From positions 256,001-320,000 of the forward strand of contig CBDBHE010000007.1 in the NCBI GenBank assembly GCA_965205605.1: 64,000 nt of DNA, given 5' to 3'. The translations under genes were made by a program, and so were the position numbers. The DNA comes from Spirochaetota bacterium. GTDB taxonomy: Bacteria > Spirochaetota > UBA12135 > COTS27 > CBDBHE01. Under the pieces are notes generated by a model. That model worked only from the letters and a program-made list of their open reading frames with translations. It searched no databases and had not been told where the DNA came from. How positions within the stretch are numbered: position 1 is the first letter of the stretch; every line of letters begins with the position of its first letter. Positions 1 to 10,818 of the stretch are shown in pieces.

Positions 1-826
1 ACCCAATCATCATTGGCTTTAAAACAAATGAATGCATAAACTCTGCTGGCTTTAAAGCCTTGGAAAATAAAGCTGAGAAACTTTCATCAATGCCAACACG
101 CACTTTGGTTTTTTCATAAAAAATAGCAAGCTCCAAAGGATTTTGAAGAGGCTCTTCTATAAAATCAATAAAACAAGTCTCAAGCCCGGTAAAAAAACGA
201 ATCGCTTGATTGAGTGACCAAGCTTGATTGGCATCTAAATGAAACGAAACCTTATCTCCTAAACTTACAAACAATTTATTTAAAAGACGCTGTTCTGTTT
301 TAAACGATTTTCTACCAACTTTGATTTTAAAAGATGTAAAGCCTTGTTCATATAAACGCCAAACTTCCTCTTCTTTCTCACTTCCATCATCCCCACTGAT
401 GAGCCCATGACAAAGTGTTCGTTTAGGAACAATGATTTTTTCTTTTCGCCTACGCCCATCTAAAAAAGCACTAAAAATTCCCCACCGAAGAGACGGCAAA
501 CTCGTCAATGTATCGATATATAAACTAACTTTTTCTAAAAAAACTAATAATTCTTTTTTAGAAAAACTCCCTAAAAGAACTTCTTTTTCTAAAGGAAAAG
601 CAATCGTTTTGAGATGAAACTTCTGCTTCCATTCTAAAAAAAGAGCTTGGATAGATTCTAAACTAATGCCCAAAAGAGGAGAAGCTTCACCATAACCCAC
701 CTGACCCTCTTGATCTTGGAGCACAATAATAAGCCCTTCTCGTTTATTGGTTTTTTGATGACCTTTAAGAGCAAATGAAGAACGTAAATTAAACGAAAAC
801 GAAAAAGCTTCAAATCGAAACAACAT
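1..826 (-). CDS. menC: o-succinylbenzoate synthase (3' end outside window)
   Basis: Not in ORF track. Hand translation from ATG at 826: MLFRFEAF...REGLII...GYGEASPL, KIKVG, LDANQAW, IEEP, GIDES, LKPM enolase-superfamily motifs. Confidence 0.88.
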   Translation of the reverse strand, partial: MLFRFEAFSFSFNLRSSFALKGHQKTNKREGLIIVLQDQEGQVGYGEASPLLGISLESIQALFLEWKQKFHLKTIAFPLEKEVLLGSFSKKELLVFLEKVSLYIDTLTSLPSLRWGIFSAFLDGRRRKEKIIVPKRTLCHGLISGDDGSEKEEEVWRLYEQGFTSFKIKVGRKSFKTEQRLLNKLFVSLGDKVSFHLDANQAWSLNQAIRFFTGLETCFIDFIEEPLQNPLELAIFYEKTKVRVGIDESFSALFSKALKPAEFMHSFVLKPMMIG

Positions 827-870
827 AGTAAAAAAAAATTAAAAACAATAAAAGTTGATAATTTTATCTT

Positions 871-1644
871 ATGATTATAAATTCAAAGATGCTTCTTTTT
901 GGTAAAAAAAAATTCTTTCTTCTGATTTTTTTAATTTTATTTAAAACGTCTTCTATTTTTGCAGCTGACGTTGAAGTCGGCATCAACTATTTTTTTCCTC
1001 TTTATCAAGATCAAGTCGGCCCTTTATCTCAAAGTATTACCCCAATTTCTTTTGAAATTCCTTTCGATATCACGTCTTTTTTTAGCCTTAACCCAACGCT
1101 AAACTTAATGTCAATTGGTGGCTTTAGTTTTAAAGGCAATGCTATTTTTAACAAAGCAAAGGGCTCTATGTTGCAAGCTCACCATTCATTATTACTAGAG
1201 CTGATTCCAGAATTAAAATTAAGGGTTAGTAAATCGTTTCAAGTAAAAATTGGAGTGGGGGGATTTTTATTTTATAACTTGGGCATGCCTTTAAGTCGTA
1301 ATATTGATAATACCCTCAGATCAGCACTTGATTTTGAAAGTTTAACAACCGATAACCTTAAGATTAAACCCAATCATCTAAGTCATTTAGGCTATGGCTT
1401 GACCTATCGCCTCTTGCTCTCTCCTAAATTAAGTAAACACCTTTCTCTTAATTTTGGAGCCGAATACCTAAAAGGAGAAGGTTTCCCATTTCAGCTAACA
1501 GGGACCTATACTGGCATTAAAAAAGGAAGTAGCACTACTACTATTATCAAAGAAAAAATTGAATCCATCGATGGACTTGAAAATACAAGACTAGATTTTA
1601 CAGGATTTAAACTGATTTTTTCAGTTTCTCTTGTGATTCTTTAA
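871..1644 (+). CDS. Exported hypothetical protein, possible outer-membrane beta-barrel
   Basis: Signal peptide, alternating amphipathic strands with Gly/aromatics. Confidence 0.45.
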   Translation: MIINSKMLLFGKKKFFLLIFLILFKTSSIFAADVEVGINYFFPLYQDQVGPLSQSITPISFEIPFDITSFFSLNPTLNLMSIGGFSFKGNAIFNKAKGSMLQAHHSLLLELIPELKLRVSKSFQVKIGVGGFLFYNLGMPLSRNIDNTLRSALDFESLTTDNLKIKPNHLSHLGYGLTYRLLLSPKLSKHLSLNFGAEYLKGEGFPFQLTGTYTGIKKGSSTTTIIKEKIESIDGLENTRLDFTGFKLIFSVSLVIL

Positions 1645-1745
1645 AAAGTCACGCTTATGCTTCACAAAAACCAGTGTTTTTTTAATGTAATAAAAAAAAA
1701 ATATAACAAACGAAAAATATAATTGTTTATTTAACTATCTAATTT

Positions 1746-2645
1746 TTATTTATTTTTAATAGGGTCTTTCTGATTTGTTTGTGATTTTTGAGGGGAGACT
1801 TGCTTAGCAGCAGCAGAAGAAGAAGGAATGTTTTTAGCAGAAACAGCACCCTCTAAGTCGGGGATAATCAATATTTGACCGGGAAAAATCAAATCAGGAT
1901 CCTTAATATTAGTTTTATTAGCTTTATAAATGAGCTTCCACTTTAAAGCATCATTATAGACAAAATCATAACTTGAAATACGCCAAAGACAATCTCTTTT
2001 TCCAGGCAAGTAGCGGACTTCATACGTGCCGTCTTTTTTTTGACTTACCACGATATTACCTTTCCCTTTTACAGATTTTCTAGCCCCTTCAATCGCCCTA
2101 TCAATAAGGACAATGCCTTCTTCAATGATTTTTTTAGCTTTAGGAAGGGTTTCTTCTGTTTCAATTAGCCCAATGCTTTCAACAGCTATCCCATAGGCTT
2201 TGTTATAACTTTTAGGATCTTTTTTCTCTACAGCCAAATGCTTGGCAACGGCCATACGAAACCAAAGCCAATTATGTCTTTTTTTAATATTTTTATACTC
2301 TTCAATCTCTTTAGAAATACGAGACGACTCATTAGCAAATGTAATGGCCTCATCATAACGCCCAAGTTGTTCTGCCTGTTTTGAACTTTCAAGCAACTCA
2401 CTTGCTTTTTCTTCTCTCTGGGCATACGTAAGTTTTTTTACCTCTTCTTTTTTTACTTCTTCTTTAGCTTCTTCACCAGTGGCCACTTGGGGTGCTTTTG
2501 CGTCTTGAGCGTCGAGTAGTGAAGTCAAAAACAAACTCCCTCCTAGTAAAAAAATAAACACGACTCTGTTGAAAGAAAACTTTTTTAAAAAAAGAAGCCC
2601 TAAGAGATTGATTAAAAAATTATTTTTTGTTCTTAAACGTTTCAT
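1746..2645 (-). CDS. LysM peptidoglycan-binding protein (spirochaete BB0323-like)
   Basis: YEV...RDCLWRIS...VYNDALKWKLIYKANK...DPDLIFPGQILIIP after a helical region. Confidence 0.85.
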   Translation of the reverse strand: MKRLRTKNNFLINLLGLLFLKKFSFNRVVFIFLLGGSLFLTSLLDAQDAKAPQVATGEEAKEEVKKEEVKKLTYAQREEKASELLESSKQAEQLGRYDEAITFANESSRISKEIEEYKNIKKRHNWLWFRMAVAKHLAVEKKDPKSYNKAYGIAVESIGLIETEETLPKAKKIIEEGIVLIDRAIEGARKSVKGKGNIVVSQKKDGTYEVRYLPGKRDCLWRISSYDFVYNDALKWKLIYKANKTNIKDPDLIFPGQILIIPDLEGAVSAKNIPSSSAAAKQVSPQKSQTNQKDPIKNK

Positions 2646-3528
2646 AATATTCCTTTACTGATTGATCATTTTTTTCATCGATTTCTTCTTTCACATCAAC
2701 ATTAATTTCAGTTGCTTTCTTAAATGAATCTTTTGCTTGTTGGTAGGCTTTTTGAGCCAAGATGGCTTTTTCTTTTGTCTTTGCAATGAGCCCCTCGAGC
2801 CCCTCTTTTACAGAAGGCCCAAGCTCACTTGCCTCTTGATAAGAACGCTGAGTGATTAAATCTTGTAATTGAATAAAGGAATTACTCACAAGCTGATACT
2901 CAGAGGGAAAAGCAACATCGGCCTTATAAGCTTTAGCTTCGTTTAATAGAGCCTCCATTTCAAGTAAAAAAGCATTTCCTCTCTGTGAAAGCACTTGAAA
3001 ATTTTCTTTTAATTGTTCCAAAGATTTCTTAAAAGATTTTAAAACTTCATACGCTTGTTCATATTCTTTTTTTTCCCCCAGATTAATCGCTTGATTTAAA
3101 AGGGCTTGGGTTTCTTCAAAATCATTTTTAAGCTCTCGATTGGCATTTTGACCTTGTAAGTCTTGCATCTCTTTGCTACCCTCCGCCACTAGCTCCTTGA
3201 CATAAAAAACTAAGGCATTACTATAAGCTTCTTCAGATTGTTTAATTGATAAATTATATTTGTTTTTTGCTTGTGTATTTTTAGGGCTTTTTCCTTTATC
3301 AACGATGAGCTTACTACCTTCTTCATTTAACGTACTCGCTTCTAAATAGGGTTTTTCTGCATAGGTCTCTGCTTTGACTTCTTTGGCTTTTTCAAGACTC
3401 TCCATGGCTTGTTTCTTCTCTTGGTAGGGGGCAAGGGTGGCTTTCATACAAGCACTAAAACTAAAAAACAAACTCACAAAAATAATGAAAGAAGAAACGA
3501 TTCTTTTTTGATTTGACACGACTACCAA
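2620..3528 (-). CDS. Helical lipoprotein (DUF4398-like)
   Basis: Lipobox FSAC, repeated A.(TY/VA)A/F..Y helices, overlaps the LysM gene. Confidence 0.6.
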   Translation of the reverse strand: MVVVSNQKRIVSSFIIFVSLFFSFSACMKATLAPYQEKKQAMESLEKAKEVKAETYAEKPYLEASTLNEEGSKLIVDKGKSPKNTQAKNKYNLSIKQSEEAYSNALVFYVKELVAEGSKEMQDLQGQNANRELKNDFEETQALLNQAINLGEKKEYEQAYEVLKSFKKSLEQLKENFQVLSQRGNAFLLEMEALLNEAKAYKADVAFPSEYQLVSNSFIQLQDLITQRSYQEASELGPSVKEGLEGLIAKTKEKAILAQKAYQQAKDSFKKATEINVDVKEEIDEKNDQSVKEYYETFKNKK

Positions 3529-3914
3529 CCCTTTTTAAAATAACCTATTTTAAAAAATTTTTTTTTTTAAAAACTACATTAGACTAAATAAATTAAAATA
3601 GCAACCTTTTACAGCAAACTTTTTTTTTTTTTCAACTTATACACAACATTCGTCATCTCTGCTTCATAAAGTCGTTAGCCATCGCCTTTTGAAAAAAATT
3701 CATCTCATTAGATTCATTAACTGATTTCTATTTTTTCTGATAAGTTTTTTTTAAGTTAACTTGAAACAAGTTCATCTTTTTTTTCATTCAATTTAAACAA
3801 AAAATAGAATTTTTTTTTATTGATATAAATTGTTTTTTTAAAAAAAATCTTATTTTCTTTAAAAAAATCTAAAAAAAAAACAGATTCTGACCTCTAAACA
3901 AGGAAATTTTTTAA

Positions 3915-3972
3915 AAGTGATTAATCAATGTTAAGCTTAAATCAGTTCTATGTTTTTCAAGTGATTAATCAA
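3915..3972. promoter_or_regulatory. Two identical AAGTGATTAATCAA sites upstream of glnA (palindromic core TGATTAATCA)
   Basis: Copies at 3915-3928 and 3959-3972, 44 bp apart. Confidence 0.55.
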
Positions 3973-4011
3973 AAAAAAATCAAAAGTAGCAAGAAATAAG
4001 GAGTAACTGAC

Positions 4012-5418
4012 ATGAAATCAGCTAGTGACATTATTAAACTTATTAAAGACAACAACATTGAGTTTGTTGATTTTCAACTAGGAGATCTATTTGGTAAATT
4101 ACACCATTTTACTCTCCCTACTAACGTTATCAACGAAGAAGCATTAAATGAAGGCTTTTCTTTTGATGGATCCTCTATTAGGCAGTGGCAAGGAATTGAA
4201 CAATCTGACATGCTCATTAAAATCGATCTTTCAAGTGTGTATGAAGACCCTTTTAGAGAAAAAAAAACCCTTTGTTTTTTTTGCGACATTTACAACCCTA
4301 GGACAGAAAAAAGGTATGAAAAAGACCCTCGGTCGATTCTTTTCAAAGCGCTTGAATATTTAAAATCAAGTGGGATTGGAGATCAAGTTTTTTTTGGGCC
4401 TGAGCCAGAGTTTTTTATTTTTGATTCGATTCGTTATGCGAGTGAAAAACATAGCTCTTTTTACGAAATTGATAGTGTTGAAGGGCCATGGACGAGTGGA
4501 GACCCAGATAGCCTAGGTCATAAACTGGCTCACAAGGGAGGTTATTTTCCTGTTTCTCCTTCAGACACGCTTGTTGACTTTAGAAATGAAACGAGTGTCA
4601 ATATGCAAAAAATGGGGATGATTGTTGAAATGCATCATCACGAAGTCGCCTCAGCAGGGCAATGTGAAATCGATATTCGCTATGATGAAGCCATTAAATC
4701 AGCTGATAATATACACAAATTAAAATATGCGGTAAAAAATACAGCTTATAAAAATGGAAAAACAGCTACCTTCATGCCCAAACCTCTTTTTGGAGACAAT
4801 GGAAGTGGCATGCACATTCATTCGTCGATTTGGAAAAACGGCAAAAACCTCTATGCTGGAAATGACTATGCCAAACTCAGTGAGCAAGCTCTTTATGCCA
4901 TTGGCGGGATCTTAAAGCATGGAAAAGCGATACAAGTCTTTACCAACCCGACTGCCAATTCCTATAAGCGACTCATTCCCGGTTTTGAAGCTCCTGTCAA
5001 ACTAAGTTATTCGGCTACCAATCGTTCAGCAACGATTCGCATTCCTTTTACAACAAATGATAAAGCAAGACGGATCGAGTTTCGCTGTCCTGATTCAAGT
5101 GGATGCCCGTATCTAAGCTACGCCGCCATTTTAATGGCAAGCATTGATGGCATTGAAAACAAAATCCACCCGGGGCCTCCAACTGATAAAAATCTCTACA
5201 ACCTTTCTAAAAGTGAAAATAAAAAACTCGTCTCAACTTGTCAGTCTCAACAAGAAGCCATTGGAGAGCTAAGAAAAAATATCTCTTGGTTAACCAAAAA
5301 CAATGTCTTCACTAAAGAAGCTATCGAATCTTATCTCTCTTACCGTGAATCTGAAGAAATCTTACCTTTAAAAATGCGTGTTAATCCTTATGAGTTTAAG
5401 CTTTATTACGATTGCTAG
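4012..5418 (+). CDS. glnA: Glutamine synthetase type I
   Basis: FDGSSI, GPEPEFF, HHEVA, FMPKP...NGSGMHIH, RIEFR, NLY adenylylation-site motif; RBS AAGGAG. Confidence 0.98.
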   Translation: MKSASDIIKLIKDNNIEFVDFQLGDLFGKLHHFTLPTNVINEEALNEGFSFDGSSIRQWQGIEQSDMLIKIDLSSVYEDPFREKKTLCFFCDIYNPRTEKRYEKDPRSILFKALEYLKSSGIGDQVFFGPEPEFFIFDSIRYASEKHSSFYEIDSVEGPWTSGDPDSLGHKLAHKGGYFPVSPSDTLVDFRNETSVNMQKMGMIVEMHHHEVASAGQCEIDIRYDEAIKSADNIHKLKYAVKNTAYKNGKTATFMPKPLFGDNGSGMHIHSSIWKNGKNLYAGNDYAKLSEQALYAIGGILKHGKAIQVFTNPTANSYKRLIPGFEAPVKLSYSATNRSATIRIPFTTNDKARRIEFRCPDSSGCPYLSYAAILMASIDGIENKIHPGPPTDKNLYNLSKSENKKLVSTCQSQQEAIGELRKNISWLTKNNVFTKEAIESYLSYRESEEILPLKMRVNPYEFKLYYDC

Positions 5419-5478
5419 GGGGGGCTTCATAAGAGTTATCAAATTTAACGACTCTTACTGATTTGTGATGAACCGATA

Positions 5479-5522
5479 AAGATGTCTGTTTTAAACCCCT
5501 TAAAGCAGACGTCTTTTTTTTT
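5479..5522 (+). terminator. Intrinsic terminator after glnA
   Basis: AAGATGTCTGTTTTAA-acccc-TTAAAGCAGACGTCTT followed by a T-run. Confidence 0.8.
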
Positions 5523-5600
5523 CTTATTTTTCTTTCAAAAAAACTTAGCTTAAAAACTTAGCTTATAAGACCATGATAAGATTCAAAATAAAAATATTTC

Positions 5601-6539
5601 ATGGTCGCTATTCATCTCAAATCAGTCACAAAACAATTTAAAAAACTTACCGCCATTAAGCACCTTTCTTTAACCATTAATGAAGGAGAATCCGTGGCTC
5701 TGCTCGGCTCCAATGGAGCAGGAAAAACAACTCTCGTTGAAATGATTGAAGGTTTTGAAAAACCCACTCAAGGAAAGATTTTAATTTTTAATCAAAGCTG
5801 GTCTTCATTTGCCTCAAAGATCAAAAAACAAATGGGAGTCTGTCTTCAAGAAAATCATTTTTCAGAACAATTGACTGTCCTTGAAACCCTTCATCTTTTT
5901 GCTCGCCTTTATCACATTCATCCTTCAAAGTGTGAAAAACTATTACAACAATTCTCTCTTCAAGAAAAAAAAAAGACTCGCATTAAAACTCTCTCAGGAG
6001 GTCAAAAACAACGCCTCGCTCTTGCCATTGCTCTCATTCACAATCCTAAAATCATCATTTTAGACGAACCAACAACGGGACTAGACCCTCGTGCTAGAAA
6101 AAACCTTTGGCAACTTCTCCTTACTTTAAAAAAAAATCGCACCTTATTTCTAACGACTCACTACATGCAAGAAGCCGAAAATCTTTGTAAACGCATTCTC
6201 ATTTTACATCGAGGCATTCTCTTAGAAGACCTTGCTTTACAAACCATTTATGAAAAAACAAAAGCCTATCAAATCATCGAGTTTAAAACAAATAAAAAAC
6301 CCAATGAAACCACCATGAAATCCATCAAAGGAGTTGTGAGTTATCGTTGGAATGACCCTCAAAAACAAGCCCATCTTGAAGTCAAAGGACTGGAGGGAAG
6401 CGTGGAGCAAGTTTTAAAAATCATCAAAGAACATCAAATTAAACTCACTGACTTAGAGTTTCGAAAAAAAAACTTGGAAGATCTTTTTATTGAGCTTACT
6501 GGAAACAAATTAAATGAAGAAAAAGAAAAGCTCTCATGA
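5601..6539 (+). CDS. ABC-2 type exporter ATP-binding protein
   Basis: GSNGAGKT, LSGGQ, ILDEPT, TTH. Confidence 0.95.
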   Translation: MVAIHLKSVTKQFKKLTAIKHLSLTINEGESVALLGSNGAGKTTLVEMIEGFEKPTQGKILIFNQSWSSFASKIKKQMGVCLQENHFSEQLTVLETLHLFARLYHIHPSKCEKLLQQFSLQEKKKTRIKTLSGGQKQRLALAIALIHNPKIIILDEPTTGLDPRARKNLWQLLLTLKKNRTLFLTTHYMQEAENLCKRILILHRGILLEDLALQTIYEKTKAYQIIEFKTNKKPNETTMKSIKGVVSYRWNDPQKQAHLEVKGLEGSVEQVLKIIKEHQIKLTDLEFRKKNLEDLFIELTGNKLNEEKEKLS

Positions 6540-7573
6540 CCGTAAGCATTATTTTTGAAATCTATAAAACTCAATTAAAAGAGTTTTTAAGACAGCCTGC
6601 TGGCATTTTTTGGGGAATGGTCTTTCCCATTGTCATGAGCTGGACTTTAGGAACGATTTTTTCTAAACCAAAGTCACTCGGAGAGATTGCAATCATTGAA
6701 AATCATCATTTTTCTCTTTCTCATTTACAAACCCTTAAAGAGCATCCTCTATTTTCAAACCTTTCCCTAAAACTCCTTTCAAAACAACAAGCTGAAAATA
6801 AAGTTAGTCAAGGCCTTTTATTTTTTTATTTAGAAAAAACTTCCTCCAAGCATTTTCAAGCTTACTTTAATCCAAAGCATCCTCCCTCTTATCAAACTTA
6901 TTTACACCTTCAAGATCTTTTTAGGCAAAAACAAAATAAAACTTCATTCCTTAAGATCAAAGCCATTAAAACCAAGCAAAAGCGTTATATTGATTTTCTT
7001 TTTGCAGGGATTATTACCCTCATGGTTGTTAATTCTTGCCTTTGGGGCATTGGTTATGCCCTTGTCGAAAGGCGAATCAAGAAAGTGTTAAAACGAATGA
7101 CGGGAACTCTAATGAGTAAAATTGATTTTATTATAGCGACATTTCTTTCAAGATTCACGATTAATATGGTTGAGTTTTTAATTTTTTTTATTTTCATCTT
7201 TTTCAGTTTTCAGATCAAGATTGAAAATGGATTTTTATTTATGCTGTTGTTTATAATGGGCAACATGACATTTACGGCACTGGCGTTTTTAGTGGCATCA
7301 CGCACAGAAAGTTCGCATACGATTAGTGGCTTGATTAATGCCGTTGTGATTCCGATGATGTTTTTTTCTGAGATTTTTTTTCCTTTGCAAAACTTCCCTT
7401 TTTGGCTCAAAAAAATCTTTTATTTCTTCCCTTCTACTCTTTTAGTCCATGGACTGAGAAACACCTCTCAAAACGAAGTCTCTTTTGTAACCATCACCCC
7501 TACTTTTGGGCTTTTTGCAATAATGAGCTTTTTATTTTTGACCCTCAGTATGAAATGGTTTAAGTGGTATTAA
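6536..7573 (+). CDS. ABC-2 type exporter permease
   Basis: Six TM segments, RYIDFL, ATGA overlap with the ATPase. Confidence 0.9.
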   Translation: MTVSIIFEIYKTQLKEFLRQPAGIFWGMVFPIVMSWTLGTIFSKPKSLGEIAIIENHHFSLSHLQTLKEHPLFSNLSLKLLSKQQAENKVSQGLLFFYLEKTSSKHFQAYFNPKHPPSYQTYLHLQDLFRQKQNKTSFLKIKAIKTKQKRYIDFLFAGIITLMVVNSCLWGIGYALVERRIKKVLKRMTGTLMSKIDFIIATFLSRFTINMVEFLIFFIFIFFSFQIKIENGFLFMLLFIMGNMTFTALAFLVASRTESSHTISGLINAVVIPMMFFSEIFFPLQNFPFWLKKIFYFFPSTLLVHGLRNTSQNEVSFVTITPTFGLFAIMSFLFLTLSMKWFKWY

Positions 7574-7661
7574 TTTTTTTTTTTAAGTAACCCCACTCAC
7601 TTGTCATTAATCAAATTAAGCTTTATAATAGTATCACTTATTTTCAAAAAGGGGACATCTT

Positions 7662-8087
7662 ATGAAATCATTATTTTTTTTAAGCCAGTTTTGCTTGCTA
7701 CTGATATTTCAAGCAAAGGAATTAAAAGCCGGAGAAAATACTTTTGTCAAAGTTGCTAAATTAAAACAAATTGAAACCTTATCGATTAACAAAAAAAGCA
7801 ATACTATTTTTTACTTTTGGGCAGAGTGGTGTCCTCCTTGCAAAAAATTTGGACCCATTTATAAAAAAATCGCTAAAAAATTAAGGAAAAAAAACATTGT
7901 TTTTTATAAAGTAGATGTTGATGAAGACAAAAAAACTTTTAAAACATACCAAAAAAAAAACAAGATCGAAGGCATCCCAACAGTGCTTTTGTTTAACCCT
8001 GAGGGCGTTTTATTAAAAAAAGTACTGGGATACCATTCTTACAAATCTCTGATGAAAATAATCAAAAAAACACTTAAGGAATCATAA
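7662..8087 (+). CDS. Exported thioredoxin-family protein
   Basis: Signal peptide, FWAEWCPPCK, cis-Pro GIPT. Confidence 0.9.
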   Translation: MKSLFFLSQFCLLLIFQAKELKAGENTFVKVAKLKQIETLSINKKSNTIFYFWAEWCPPCKKFGPIYKKIAKKLRKKNIVFYKVDVDEDKKTFKTYQKKNKIEGIPTVLLFNPEGVLLKKVLGYHSYKSLMKIIKKTLKES

Positions 8088-8089
8088 AA

Positions 8090-8683
8090 ATGAAATTTTT
8101 AAACCCATATAAAAAATTAATAATAATCACTTTTTTAATCATCGCAAGCACTCTATTTGCTCAAAAACAGCTCCCTATAAAAAAAGGAAGCATTACCTGG
8201 ATAGGAAGCAAAATAGGCTCTTCTCATAACGGAACCATTAATCTTAAAAAAGGATTTTTTCTTCTTGACAAAAAAAGAAACGTTAGCGGATGCCACATCG
8301 AAATCGACATGAGCAGTATCAAAAACAAAGACATTAAAAGTAAAAAATACAATAAAAAATTGGTTAATCACTTAAAAAATAAAGACTTTTTTGATGTCGA
8401 AAAACATCCTCTGGCAACCTTTCATTGTAGTAAAGTCATTAGTGAAAAGAAAGCCAAAACAAGTCATGTTTTTTCTGGTACCATGACCATTCGAGGCGTC
8501 AGTCAAAAGGCTGATATCCCTGTGATGCTTAGCAAAAAAGGAAAAGGTTATTTACTAAAAGCTAATTTAAAAATTAATCGCACTGATTATGGCATTAAAT
8601 ATAACTCAAAAAAGTTTTTTAAAAACTTAGGGGATCATTTAATTAAAGATAAATTTGAAATTTCTCTTTCTTTAAAAAGTTAA
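8090..8683 (+). CDS. YceI-family lipid/polyisoprenoid-binding protein
   Basis: ITWIGSK...HNG, HLKNKDFFDVEKHP, INRTDYGI. Confidence 0.92.
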   Translation: MKFLNPYKKLIIITFLIIASTLFAQKQLPIKKGSITWIGSKIGSSHNGTINLKKGFFLLDKKRNVSGCHIEIDMSSIKNKDIKSKKYNKKLVNHLKNKDFFDVEKHPLATFHCSKVISEKKAKTSHVFSGTMTIRGVSQKADIPVMLSKKGKGYLLKANLKINRTDYGIKYNSKKFFKNLGDHLIKDKFEISLSLKS

Positions 8684-8719
8684 CAAAAAAAATCCATCAA
8701 ACTCAAGTCCATGGCTTCT

Positions 8720-9697
8720 TTATTTTTTAGAAGTCATGGCTTGAATAATTTTTTGGGCGTGCTTGCGTCCATTTTCGATAAAAATACTTCCTGTTTCATC
8801 AATCCCCGCTCCAATCACTCCCGCTAAGTAGAGTCCCTTGACATTGCTTTCCATCGTGTTTTCATTAAGCACAGGGGTTTTGTTACTTCCTTTGAGTTTA
8901 ATTCCCATTTTCTCAAGCATTTCATAATTGCCATGATATCCCGTTAAAAGCAGGACTTCATCGACGTTTAAATGAAATGATGTTTGTTTGTTTTCATCCA
9001 AACAAATCACTTTTTTTCCTTCCTTCTCAATAGAGGTCACCCTTGTACTAAGATGCAAGTCAATGCTACCTTCTTTAATACGATTTTGAAAATCCGGCTT
9101 GAGCCAATATTTAATTCTTGAATGCAGCTCTTTTTTGTAATGCACTAAGGTTACTTGTTTAGAACCATAGCGAAAACATTCTAACGCAGCCTCTACGGCT
9201 GAATTAGCTCCTCCCACAATGAGAATTTTTTTTCCATAATAAAAATGAGGCCCCTTATAATAATGTGAGACAAACTTAAGGCTTTCTCCTTTAACACCGA
9301 GCATGTTTGGGCAATCATAAAGCCCTATCGCCACAATCACTTTTTGACTCTCATACGTTTTTCCAATTGCTGTTTCAACGCTAAAACCATGCTTTTGTTT
9401 CACCACTTGGCTGACTTCTTGGTTAAAACAAAAATTTAAATCAAAGCTTTCACTAACCCGTTTATAATAAGTAAGCAAATCTTGTTTTTTAGGCTTATGA
9501 CCTTTATCAAGAAAAGGAATACCGGCAATTTCAAGACGTTCGGTAGTAGAAAAAAAAGTAGCTTGATCGGGTAAACGGTAAAGGGCATCCGTTAAAACTC
9601 CTTTTTCTAAAATCAAATGTCTCAGATTTTTCTGCTGGCAAGCGACCCCACAAGCAATCCCTATAGGACCCGCTCCAATAATAATGACTTCATCCAT
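8720..9697 (-). CDS. YpdA-family FAD/NADPH disulfide reductase
   Basis: GAGPIG, FFST.ERLEI, GGANSA, IKYWLKPD..NRI, IFIENGRKH. Confidence 0.88.
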   Translation of the reverse strand: MDEVIIIGAGPIGIACGVACQQKNLRHLILEKGVLTDALYRLPDQATFFSTTERLEIAGIPFLDKGHKPKKQDLLTYYKRVSESFDLNFCFNQEVSQVVKQKHGFSVETAIGKTYESQKVIVAIGLYDCPNMLGVKGESLKFVSHYYKGPHFYYGKKILIVGGANSAVEAALECFRYGSKQVTLVHYKKELHSRIKYWLKPDFQNRIKEGSIDLHLSTRVTSIEKEGKKVICLDENKQTSFHLNVDEVLLLTGYHGNYEMLEKMGIKLKGSNKTPVLNENTMESNVKGLYLAGVIGAGIDETGSIFIENGRKHAQKIIQAMTSKK

Positions 9698-9909
9698 ATA
9701 ATTTAAACTTCATTTTAAAGTTGATTGATGATTTTATGTTAATCTTTTTATTTGTCTAAAGCAATTGACTTTTTAAGAAAAAAGAGTTATTTTAATAGTC
9801 AAAAAAATAATGGTTTAATTTTAAAAATTAAATCACATCAATGATTTTTTTTTAAATAAAAAAAAAATTAATCAAAATACAACATTAATTTTTAGGAAGG
9901 ATAAAACTT

Positions 9910-10818
9910 ATGATGAAAAGAATGGGACTTTTTTTAATCACCAATTTGCTGATTATTGTCACGCTTAACATTACATTAAGCGCTTTAGGGGTAATGCCTT
10001 ATTTAAATGGATACGGGATTAATTTTCAATCTCTTGCGATTTTTAGTGTTTTTTGGGGACTTGGGGGAGCGTTTATCTCACTGATGCTTTCAAAAAAGAT
10101 GGCTATTTGGTTTATGGGAGTAAAAATCATCAAAAAAAACGAAGAAACCCCAAAATTAAGATGGCTTAAAAGTGAAATTTACACGCTATCAAAAAAAGCA
10201 AAATTAAAATATATGCCTGATTTAGGGATTTACAAAAGTCCAGAAGTCAATGCTTTTGCCACAGGTCCTTCTAGAAACAATTCTCTAGTTGCCTTTTCAA
10301 GTGGACTGTTAGAATCAATGGATGAGAGAGCCATAAAAGGAGTCATCGGTCACGAAATCGCTCATATTGCCAGTGACGATATGGTTACGATGACTTTGTT
10401 ACAAGGAGTGATGAATGCTTTTGTGATTTTTTTTTCAAGAGTCTTGGCCTATTTTGCGTCCATGTTTTTTTCAAAAGACGATGAAGGCTCTGCCCCTTCG
10501 TTTATGATGCAATTTGTTTTCACGATTGTGTTTACGATTGTTTTAGGAATTTTGGCAAGTGTTGTCGTTTCTTGGTTTTCAAGATTTCGAGAATACAAAG
10601 CCGATCGAAAGGGAGCTCTTTACGCAGGAAAAGACAATATGATTTATGCTCTTAGTTCATTAAAACAATATGTCGGTCAAGTGGAAACAAAAAAAAATAA
10701 TGCGATGGTGGCAAATCTCAAGATTTCAGGCAAACAAAGATTGCTGCACATGCTTAGCTCACACCCTGATCTAAACCAACGTATCGCTGTTTTAAAAAAT
10801 CAAAAAATTGCTGCCTAA
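9910..10818 (+). CDS. htpX: Membrane zinc protease HtpX
   Basis: NAFATG, HEIAH, FSRFREYKAD, SHP. Confidence 0.95.
   Translation: MMKRMGLFLITNLLIIVTLNITLSALGVMPYLNGYGINFQSLAIFSVFWGLGGAFISLMLSKKMAIWFMGVKIIKKNEETPKLRWLKSEIYTLSKKAKLKYMPDLGIYKSPEVNAFATGPSRNNSLVAFSSGLLESMDERAIKGVIGHEIAHIASDDMVTMTLLQGVMNAFVIFFSRVLAYFASMFFSKDDEGSAPSFMMQFVFTIVFTIVLGILASVVVSWFSRFREYKADRKGALYAGKDNMIYALSSLKQYVGQVETKKNNAMVANLKISGKQRLLHMLSSHPDLNQRIAVLKNQKIAA

Noticed and set aside
432-617. 61-aa plus-strand ORF and the other short antisense ORFs in the track
   Set aside because: Lie opposite well-supported genes (here menC) and show no motifs
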